From Eutreptiella sp. 'Long Island Sound 2002' (taxonomy: Eukaryota > Protista > Euglenida): a stretch of 64,000 nt of DNA. Location: contig OZ038378.1 of the NCBI GenBank assembly GCA_964036045.1, positions 194,680,001 through 194,744,000 of the forward strand, given 5' to 3'. The first letter of the stretch is position 1. Every line of letters starts with the position of its first letter. Shown in pieces: positions 51,382 through 61,481 of this stretch. The position numbers and the translations under genes are program-made. Under the pieces are notes generated by a model. The model saw only the letters and a list, made by a program, of their open reading frames with translations, searched no databases and was not told the origin of the DNA.

Positions 51382-52920
51382 CTGCACGACTGGGTGAGCA
51401 GGGCAAGCCCTAGTACCTGGACATTGTGTCTCCAGGGCGGTATTGTGCTTGGCCTGGTCACTCGCTTGCGCCATCGTATGAGCCCCCCCCCTCCCCCCCC
51501 GGCGGGAAGCACTGAAACTGGAAACAATGCCTCCGATTGTCCTGACAAGAGCAGTGTTTACGCGCAGGAAGCAGCGGTGGTATAGCAAAGCATCATTCAG
51601 CTCCTTGCGCACCCGTCGACCTGCTCAAAAAACCACGAACGGCACCCCCCAGTGGAATCAACATCTCGTGGTGGCAGGCATACTACCACAGGAAGAGTAC
51701 AGGGCAGTGCACCCACGTACAGATGCCTGCATGCAAGAAACAGCTGTGCAGGATCTGGGTCCAAATTGCCAAATAGGGGCTGCAGCCTGTGAAGAACTTT
51801 TGTGGACCTCCTCCTTCCCTCTCGCAGACAACCCAAGGTTGGCTGAGCAGAGACCGGGGCCCAAAGACGGAGCTTCCAGTGAAACGTGATCCCCATTTTG
51901 TGCTGAATGAAATGGCAGTTTGTGAGAGGTTTCCTGGTGGTTCAGCAATCATAGCGCCTGATGGTCTCCGAGTGGTCCTGGGATGGGGGGTTCCATAAAG
52001 CCTGATTGGTTACAGTGCAGTACAATTGGTGTCCGGTGCTGTGGGGGCCATGTGGGGGGGGGGGGAGTGCTCCGCAAAGGCGGATTGCTCCCCACGGAGT
52101 ACCTCCCCCAACCCGCCCCAACTGACATGCTACTCTCACCCACAGAAGTGCACCCCACCCCACACCCATGCACGGGCGGCCGAAAGCTTGCCGTGCACGG
52201 CCGTGCCTGCTGAGGGGGCCCTCTCCCCGCCACCCAACCCCAGGCGGGCGACCAATGGGCCAGGTGCATAAACCCTACCCCAAGCCCCTGATCCCTGCAT
52301 TTCATGCACTGCAGGTCCCGGAACGGGTCCTACGCTGCCCCCCTTCCCTCTTCCCCTCTCTTTAGGCCCGCAGGTGAGGGAAGATCGGGGGCAACGGTTT
52401 AAGGCATAGCTCAGGGTTCGGTTCAGGGCCCCCCCGTCCACCAGTTCCCATTGGTACGACATCCAGGCCATTGCCTTTTGGAAACACCACCTTCGGCACA
52501 CACCTACACACACACACAAAGGAAGTAGACAGACATGTCTGGGACATCCGCGAGACCGACCTGTTGAACAAGTTTGAGGGGGTGAGACCTAATTAAGGTT
52601 AGCTAAGCGAAGGTGTGGGTGGAACCTTTGGTACACCCTGTTTAACACAGCCACCCCCCAAGAGCTACTGGATTGCAACCACTCAAAGGCACATAACTTC
52701 AAGCGCGGGAATGAAAACTTGGGGGGGGGGGGATGGAAAATCGACTCTTCTATACAAAAGTGCAGTCTTGTGGGGCTCAAGGTGTCTCTAGGCGCCGCGG
52801 ATATGGAATTCCCTCCTGCATGAGATGTCATTCACAATGCATCAGCCCCCCCCTCCCCTTGGGCTGCTTCGGGACAATGTTCGCCGGGGTATATCCGCTG
52901 GGGGTGCAGCGCCCACTCAA

Positions 52921-53712
52921 TCATGTGTCCCAGTTGTCAAGGCGCTTTCCATCGCGGCTGAAAGCCGGAAGCGTCGCCCCCTCAGGTGCCAGCGCGACCA
53001 CCAGCACCGACGCCGCGCCCTCCGCCGGAGTGCGGCCGGCGGCCGCCCCGCCCATGCGCGTGCTACACCAGCCGGGGCACACGGCCACCGTGGTCACACC
53101 CGCCGCCAGCAGTGCCGGGTCCCCCCTCAGCAGCAGGGTGTAGCGGTTCAGCAAGCACTTGGTGATCTTGTACGCGGCCACGTACGCGCGACCCCTGCGC
53201 TCCGAGACGTCTGAGGAGAGCGCCCGGCCGACCGCCAGCAGCTGCTCGGGCGTCGCGGCGGCCCAGATCTTAGGGCCCAGCGCACGCTCCGGCAGCTCGG
53301 ACCGCGCCCCATAACCGGACGAGACGTTGACGATGCGGCCGCCGGGCGCCAGGTGCGGGCGCAGCGCGTCCACAACGCCAACCGGACCCTCGAAGTTCGC
53401 GGCCAAGTGGGCGGCGTAGTTCGCCTCTGACCAGCCGTCGCGGTACACCGCCGCGTTGTTAATGAGCAGGTCCACGCGCAGGGACACCTCCGCCACGCCC
53501 AATGCGCACGCGACCCGGCCCGGCAGGGTCTGCCGGCTCGCGGGGCAACTCGTGTCCAGGACAACGCTTTTGCAGCCCAGCCTTTGCGCCGCACCTCGGC
53601 CGGCGGCCTCGTCACGACAGGCCAGGACCACGCTCTAGTGGCGGGCGACGAGCGTCCTGGCGGTTTCAAGGCCGATGCCACGGTTGCCGCCCGTCAGAAT
53701 GGCAGAGGGCTT
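52921..53712 (-). pseudogene. Carbonyl-reductase-like short-chain dehydrogenase/reductase (SDR), intronless, one in-frame TAG and no visible ATG
   Basis: AILTGGNRGIGLETARTLVARH-TAG-SVVLACRD, DLLINNAAV, RIVNVSS, YKITK (YxxxK), VCPGWCSTRMGG, TGA at 52921-52923. The TAG lies at 53635-53637. Confidence 0.85.
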
Positions 53713-53722
53713 TGCTCTGTTG

Positions 53723-54982
53723 CTACTGATTATGTTGTGTCACTATCAGCAGGGCAATCATGTTTACAAGGCTTGAGCAGTTCGGATTTCGACTTTTTAA
53801 ATTGGCTAGCCTCAATGTGGGTTTGACAAACCCAGGAGAAAACTCTGCCAGAGGAACAATTCTGTTGAATGCTTTTCCTTTTGGCACCCAGAAAGGCGGC
53901 GGAATACAGAGATCCATGCTCTTCCCCTGTGAGGAAATGACTGTTCCAAACCCATAACTTCCACTTGAAAAATATCCTGAAACGAGGACAGTGCCCAAGG
54001 GAAGGACAAAGGACGCGGTTGCTTGCTCTGTCTGCGGGCTCCTCCAGGACACCTTCTGATCTGTTCTTCCGCAGCAGTGAGGTTGTGATACAGTGACAGT
54101 CCAAGTTGACAAACTGGCACTCACTTGACGCTGAGTGGGTCCAACACAAAGGTAGGATGGCAAGTGTTGCAGATTGCGGTGGATCGGAGGAGGCAATTTT
54201 GTGCTGCCAGGGCACGCATGAGGAATACGAGCCTCAATTGCATATGCAATAAAGTAAGCAATGGCAGCATGTCCAAATGCACTTGGATGGTTTATACGAT
54301 TTGCAAAGTACGACACCCAGCAGCCTCGGGTCAATGACTCACATGCCTCCGATCTGAAAGCTGAATCAACATTGACAGCAAGGTCGACCTTGGAATAATG
54401 GAGAGCACCACTCAAACTCTCCCTCGGGAGGGTGCGATTAATGTTAGGTGGAAGCAGAATATGTACGACAGCAGCAGAGGATGGTAGTTGACGACGCAAT
54501 CCTTCCAAGTACCCATCAATCCAACCTCCATTTGGCTCATATTCCATGAAGACCAAGTCTTCGTCACCTTGAAACCGGGTGCAGTACATGGCGTACTCCA
54601 TGGTAATTCCTCCCATTGATAAGTTGCGGAATATGAGGTTCACAGTTGACGGCAACAGTTGATGAAACCATTCTTCGAGTTGTCCCCTGAAGGAACACTG
54701 ATTGAGGGAAGAGAAACGGCACTGTATCATGGCATCTCCTCCAGCGGTCACTGAGCCACCAACAAAAGTCACGACGAATCGTGTTCTGTTCAAAAAAAGG
54801 AAATCTTGGAAAAGGTCAACAATACGGCACCCCCCAGGCAATACAGCCAGTCTGGCGAGCGTGATAGTGCACCACGAATTATTTTGACATCCGGACGGAA
54901 GCCAACCAGATTGCAGTGGCAACACTCTGCATTCGCCGGGGAAAACAAAGACAAGAAACAAAAGTCTAAGGACAGTAGCCAT
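53723..54982 (-). CDS. Secreted SGNH/GDSL-type hydrolase-like protein, 419 aa, intronless ORF
   Basis: Hydrophobic N-terminus MATVLRLLFLVFVFP; block I FVGGSVTAG, block II NLSMGG, block III DLVFMEYEPN, block V HPSAFGHAAIA; longest clean ORF in the window. Confidence 0.82.
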   Translation of the reverse strand: MATVLRLLFLVFVFPGECRVLPLQSGWLPSGCQNNSWCTITLARLAVLPGGCRIVDLFQDFLFLNRTRFVVTFVGGSVTAGGDAMIQCRFSSLNQCSFRGQLEEWFHQLLPSTVNLIFRNLSMGGITMEYAMYCTRFQGDEDLVFMEYEPNGGWIDGYLEGLRRQLPSSAAVVHILLPPNINRTLPRESLSGALHYSKVDLAVNVDSAFRSEACESLTRGCWVSYFANRINHPSAFGHAAIAYFIAYAIEARIPHACPGSTKLPPPIHRNLQHLPSYLCVGPTQRQVSASLSTWTVTVSQPHCCGRTDQKVSWRSPQTEQATASFVLPLGTVLVSGYFSSGSYGFGTVISSQGKSMDLCIPPPFWVPKGKAFNRIVPLAEFSPGFVKPTLRLANLKSRNPNCSSLVNMIALLIVTQHNQ

Positions 54983-56067
54983 CTGAGAAACGTGAATACA
55001 GGATATTTCTTGAATTGGGCGGCTGAGCAGGAAGCGATTACTGCATTGTCCTATGATGCACTCTATTTCAGAATGGACAGGGCTCAGTTCAAAGCCACTG
55101 AATAATGCACAAGTAGTCTGGAGTAAGTGAGGAGCCTGTTATGTCTCGAGTACCGTCGGTGTTGGAATTGCCCTGTCAGATCTTTCCATGCTCCGGATTT
55201 TCACATAACCTCTCTTACTCACCAGCTTAAAACTGAAGGCAAACCGATGCAAGCCCGAAGTCTCACTACTATGCGCTAAGGATTCTGGTGGCACAAGAAT
55301 CCAGACCGCCAACTCATCTGTTTCTCTGGCAGCTGGTGATCACCTAACCAAGTGCTTCCGGATAATTGGAATGTCTTGACTAGAACCAAGCTGTCTGGTT
55401 TGTAGGCTCCATCTGGGATATATTACCCGCTGAAGCAGTGGCTCATTTATAATTTCCCAGATGCCTCCAAAAGCCGACAACAACTCTAGAACTTGGGTCA
55501 CAGATTCCAAGGAAAAAAGTTATGTGTTCGGCCCCCCACCCCGAGGGATTTTGGATCTTCTGCTTGGACAACTTCCACAAACTCCAATACTACCCACCCG
55601 CATGGCAACCAAAAACTACCCAAATCCAAGGCCACAACCTACAAACATCTGAAAATTTTGCCACCAAAACTCCAAAACAATAACCCAAAGAAAGTGATGA
55701 ACCAACAATCAATTAGGTCCGCCTCGACATTTTCAAGTCTTTAGAAGTGCTTGACTAGGAAGAGGTTTATTATTTCAATAAAATAAGCAAGCCAGACCTT
55801 GCAGATGCCCAATCCATCTCTTCCCAAAATCGATTTTTGGGGTTTGTGTGTCACATATATCCTAACCCCCCAATTATACCCCCGCGCCGCGAAAACCCCC
55901 TCAGACCCCCCCCCCTTTTAAACTTTGCGGTTGAATCATGTTATCCAATCTCCGAGACCCCCCCCCCCTGGTCACTGTCCCCACCAGGTTTGTTGCGGTG
56001 CATTATTTCACCACTGCAACCGTCGGCCTATGGTCTGCCACAGTGCCGGAAACACGACAGCCATAAG

Positions 56068-59000
56068 GGGGGCGCACCGTGCGCTGTGCGCGCGCTGTGC
56101 GAAAAGTAGGGTATTTTGGGGCACGTGGCCGTACTAGAAACCCATACTTCCTGATACTAGGGGCATAATTGTTGTTTGAAAACGGGCATTTTGATGCTTC
56201 TTTCGCATTGGAGATATGGTATATTTGGATTTTCACTCAGTTTCACCCATTTTCACCCATTCTTGTTTTTGGTGACTCAACTTGTGCAATTTGCCCAAGG
56301 TCATTGAGGGCTGGCCAAAGCCCAAAGTGATGAAAGAACTACGTGGCTTTCTCGGGTTGTGCAACTTCTACTCACAATATGTGCCGAAGTATGCCGAGAT
56401 GGCCAAACCCCTCATGGAGTTGCTGCAAACGGAGCATCTCAAAACGGATGTGCAGCAAAGAACCTCTATGATGAAAGTACACCGGAACGAGGCAGCCGAG
56501 GCGGCCTTTGTACTGTTGTGCTTGGGCGAATCAAGGGTGGGTGGATTCTAGGGTGGTCATGGGAAAGTAGCATAACTATTGGGCGCTGTGTGCGCGCTGT
56601 GCCCGCGCTGTGCCCGCGCTGTGCAGAAACACCCCAAAGGTCAAGGCTGCCACACCGTCACTGTCTATCTATGGCAATTTCCCAATTGGAATCTGGTGCA
56701 CGCGGTCAGTGCGCAGTAGAATCGTGTAGAAGTAGAAGCGCCCCTTTCTCCCCATCCAAATTCCACGTGGGGTGCACGGTTCATGCACGGATCAAGCAAC
56801 ACCCCCAATATGTGTTTCTAGTGCGGCCAGACACCCAAATAGTCCAACTGCTCTTAGGGTCCCCCTTAGCAACTGTTCTGGCAGGGTAGCTGTCATGCAG
56901 CGGGGGAGGGGGGGGGGGGGGGCTACATATTGCTCGCGCAAGCTTTTGGTGAAATCCCCTCTATTCACCCCGCTGAAAGCTTTGTCCTTCATGTAATCTG
57001 GTGTTGGCAGTATTCTTTACCCTTCCCCTATCTCCTTTTTTTGCCTGCATGTGCCTGTTTTGGTTGCATTGGCACCCCAGTGAAAAGGGTCAACATTGCA
57101 GGGAAAATTTTCACCTTTTCCACTTTTTCCGGGAAGGGGAGGGGGCGAGGGAGTGAATGGGGACCTTTTTCCCCTCTCCATGGTAAGCAGGGCATACTGT
57201 ACAGAAAAGAATCAAAATGCTATCCTCGCTCTGCTCTCCATTCAAACCCAGCTTGCTGCTGGCCTAGTGCTAGTGGGATACAGTGCAATGCTGTGATGCC
57301 AGAGCGTTAAGCGACTGGTCTGAGTTAATACCCTCGCGGTACAAAGGTTGAATTGAGCCTTTGCCTCCCTCCTCACTTGTTTCTCCTTCAAATCTGAACC
57401 CCAACATTGCATGACCATTGTGTGCCAGTAATTTCAGGTAGATCAATGTGTTCATATTGTTGCAAATCTATGTTTACACCACAACTGTTGTGCAAATTTA
57501 TGGGGTCAATCGGGCATTTGATTAGAAGGTTAGGGGCAGGCATTCCCTTTGAGGTGTGAGGGAATTGGCGGTGAATGGTAACCTTCTTACCAATGTTACG
57601 GCATACCATTACAATGGCTGCACAGGGAGCAGGCTGCGTGAAACGCAAAGAGACCTCAGACCTGAATTCCAAATCAGTCAAGAATACCACTTGTGCTTTC
57701 TTAGAATCCTTGTGCCAGAGAAGCATACCAAAAGCAAGATCACCAGCTGACTGTGATGCTTACGTGTGCATTCTGAGATGTAAGTGCTGTGCACCTTGGC
57801 AACCTCCACCACACATGTGCTTTCACATGTCACTCTGAACTGTCATGAATGGGCCCGCCACCGACGCATTTGCCTGTCGACTAAGACTGCTCAACCATAA
57901 GGTTGGGATTGAGGATGGCTAACCCAGATATCTACAAACTTTGCCCAAACAGGGTCAGTATCAACCCCAAACGGACCGCAGGACTGCAATGCAATGCAAT
58001 GCAACACAATGCAATGCTCCATCTATTAACACTCTAAGCTAAAAAAACGGCAGCAGAAGATGAAGACTAACACAAAAACCTGAAAAAGTTTGTGCGAAAA
58101 GCTGTAGAGGACCATGATAGTCTATTCCAGATGGGGTGGGGGTGATAATACACAATGTACACTGATGACCTCGCAAAGAGGTGCCACCACCGCCTCCAAA
58201 AGGACCCCACACACAAATGCACATTCCAGTCACTTTTGAACACTTTTCGGGTTTTCACAATGTACGGAGTGCCATGCCAATGCTGCAGACAGGAAAAGCA
58301 TCAGGGCCATCCCACAGCAAAGCAGCCCGGGACGTGTTTGCACCAGCAGGTCCAAAGCGGCATCTCGGCAACCATGTTGCTTGCAGCTGTACCAGAAACC
58401 CCAAAAATGTGCATGCTGCATGGTGGTGCATGCCTAATGGGAATCCGGATAGTGGGTAAGCATTCGGGGCTGGTCAAGAGGGAAATTTGCCATTCCAATA
58501 CACCGCACACGAAACTGCTGGAGCTGACCACCAAGTACAAGAGGATCAGGCTTCCATTATTGGGAGACCCACTACCCCTGGTGTCGCTTTCACTACCATT
58601 CCTACCCCCCCTTCAATACACCAACAGTGCCCCCCCCCCCCCCCCCCCTGAATACACCAACAGTGCCTTCTACGGAGCCCCCACCTGGATAGCTGGGAGG
58701 CACAGAGCAAAAGCAGCGCCTTCTGCGCATTTTCCCCAGGAAAGGAATCCACTCTGAGATGGTCTATACCTCCCCGTCCGGGGCTATCTTGGAAGCGGGG
58801 GGGGGGGGGGGCTACAAAGAAATTTTCATTGATGGCGAAATGACAAACAGGAGCAAATGCAGAGCAGAAGCAAACATTGAGGCATTCCACTCCGGGGGGT
58901 GTTGCCATGAAGGCTGAGTAGGTGCTGAGTAAATTGGTACTGTGGCGTGTCTGCACATCAGGGGGGTTGGGGAGAGGGGGTTTAAGGGGGGACAGGGTGT

Positions 59001-61445
59001 CACTGCATAGCTGCACTACCCACCAGTGGCGATGGTTGTCTAGGCCTTGCGTGGTGGCTCACCAAACGCTGCAACTAAATTCAACAGGTACATCCAAAAT
59101 GCCCAAGTTCATCACAACTTCCAATGTCAATTGCAAGCAACCATAGACCATAGACCAACCCCAAGGGAGCAAACTCACGATGAGGAATTGCAATTTCTGT
59201 ACAGTCTTGAACATCACAGGACGCGCATCTTGTACCATTGTTACCTTTTTTCAGTTCTGCCACCTGTCGCACCAACACTCATTGTAGGCTCAGGGCCTTG
59301 ACGTAGCCGCACTATCCATGCCCAGAGGAGGTTGGTAGTAGGCTTGGCTGAGACTGGATTCCTGAGCCCACTCCCACCCCTTCCATTTCCCCTTCCATTA
59401 CCTTGTACCCCATCCCGTTGTCTAAGCCAATGCCAGACACCAAATTCATGCAGTCCTCAAGATACTTCGGCCTAGACTAGGGCGGGGTTTGCTGCGCAGG
59501 GAACAACGAATGGTCCTTGAGGGGGGGCTGCCCATTGCCCTTTGATGAGGTCCCTCAAACGCTCTCAGCTGCTTTGGTTGTAAACCAGGCAGAATCCATG
59601 CTATCGATTCAGAGAAGACCAAATAAGGTACCAACTTCATACAGTCTGTCGTGGTTGTTGGGCTATGGGAGCTTTCATGCACAGCGCAAAGTTTTCAGGG
59701 GAACTACTACCAGAATTTAAAATCTTGAGGCTAGTACATAAACCGACTGCATCTTGGACTTGTGCGCGGGGACTGTAAGGGTGGGCAGATTAGGGACCAT
59801 CAGTTTGAAGAAGGGTCCAGATTGCTGTTTGTCCAGACTGCGGTCAGTAATAAGAAGGGAGTTGCTATTACAGTAGACAAGGTGCTCCAGGGAAAGGGTC
59901 ACTCATAATGTGCATGGTGCATTGAATGCTGATGCAAACCCCAACGCTCCACGAATAGAGACTCTTTAGGGGTAACCTGTTCCCGGGGGGTGCCATCAAG
60001 GCAAGTAAGTGTGCCAGTTGGTAGGTGTACACACTGGTTTGAGGCTTTTTAGGAGGAAATTGTCTGCGTTGCTTGTCCCAACCCACCAGGGAAGGGTGTT
60101 TCTGGTCGGTGAGAGCGGAACAGTGGTCCCTCTGCATACAAATGCTTCCCGCACCGGAGCCGGCAATGCTTCACACAAAGTCTTTTCCAAGACAGTCTTT
60201 GGAGGGTGCTCACCACCACTGAGTGGTGGTTGGGGTATGCAAACGCATGGTCTGCACCACAAAATAAAGGAAAATACATAGCACTGCCGGACGCATCCTG
60301 GAAAATCACACACAAATCCGGTGCAAATCCCTTGCAAATTTGGATCAAACACCAAACAATGCATGAAACATTCCGCACTCTGAGCTCGACATGAGGCGGT
60401 CTCGACGGGGATGGAACTGGCTGGCCCCACAAATCCAGCCGTTTACCCTAGGTAAAGGTGGGGAACTTCCTTCCCTCTCCCCAACATTGCCGCCCACAAT
60501 ACCCATAGGACTGGCAAGAAGTGTCAGTGTTGCTGAAAAGACCCAACAGAGCCTGCATTGCCCCCCATTGCTGCCATTACCCCTTGTAAACCTGATGCAG
60601 TTAGATGCATTGACAAAAGGTCCGACCGTATTGTGATCCTCCAACATCCAGCATCACTCTGTCAGCGCAGGAAGTGTATGACGGTTCTGAGAGCACTGGG
60701 CCTGGGTAAGAGACGTATTTCTGGTGCACCCCTGGCCGTGTCCCAGTCGATGTTTTGCAGTCACATCAGGCGGCGTGCCCTGAACCGAGCCAGCCGGTGC
60801 CGCGGATCCGCACCCAAATTCAGCTCCTGCTGTCGTCTTACTGCTGTGGTGTGGTGCACAGGCACCATGACAACCACCGTTGGCTACCCTACAGCTGCGT
60901 GGCCTTCGGCTTCCGTCCACAGCCTTCAAGTAAGGCCTGCGGTCAGCATCCCACTGCTGTCATTGTGCCAATCCTGTGCTGGAACAAGGAGCGAATTCGG
61001 AGAGGCAGGGGGACAAAACGGGAGGTAGCAACCGCAGAGGCAGGTCCAGAGGGGCGACAAACCCTGCGGCCACAGCAAATGGCAGCCTGGAGGCCGCACG
61101 ACGGCACGCGGGATTCCGTTTGGCTTGCTGGGGGCGTTTCTGCACAGCGTGCACACAGCGCGGGCACAGTGCCCAAAAGTAAGTCAGTGTTCCCGTGACC
61201 ACCCTGAAAACCCCCCACCACCCAGGGAGCTACGCCCACAGGGCAAAAACAGCAGATTGAGACAGCAATCTGGCATTTTCAGTGTGAAATATGGTTTGTT
61301 TTAACTCATTATCTGAGTTTTTGCGCTCATTAAGATCCTGTGTATCGGAACACAGTTTTTACTGCGGTCACCTTGGCCATCGTGGAAAACCAGTCCAAAG
61401 CAGCCCACGTTCCGCACAGCGCGCGCGGAGGGCACAGTGCGCCCT
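56068..61445. mobile_element. Diverged inverted repeat pair (about 56068-56655 and 61080-61445), possible old TIR element
   Basis: Both arms share in order gggcgcacYgtgc..gcgcgcgctgtgcg, agggtggtcaYgggaa...tttgggcRctgtg, gcgctgtgcagaaac and ggctgcca. Confidence 0.55.
56282..56520 (+). mobile_element. Ty3/Gypsy LTR-retrotransposon pol fragment (RT thumb/connection)
   Basis: IEGWPKPKVMKELRGFLGLCNFYSQYVPKYAEMAKPLMELL...EAAEAAF matches the WPxPxxxxxLRxFLGLxNFY..YAxxAxPL pattern; no other pol domains or LTRs nearby. Confidence 0.87.
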
Positions 61446-61481
61446 CGTTATTCTGCACGGTGTTGTTTATCGTCGGTGAGC

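Noticed and set aside
53635-53725. Genome-wide TAG reassignment or an in-frame SGNH-SDR fusion
   Set aside because: The 19 host exons contain no in-frame TAG, the SGNH ORF ends plausibly at TAG, and reading through it stays out of frame with the SDR and meets TGA soon after
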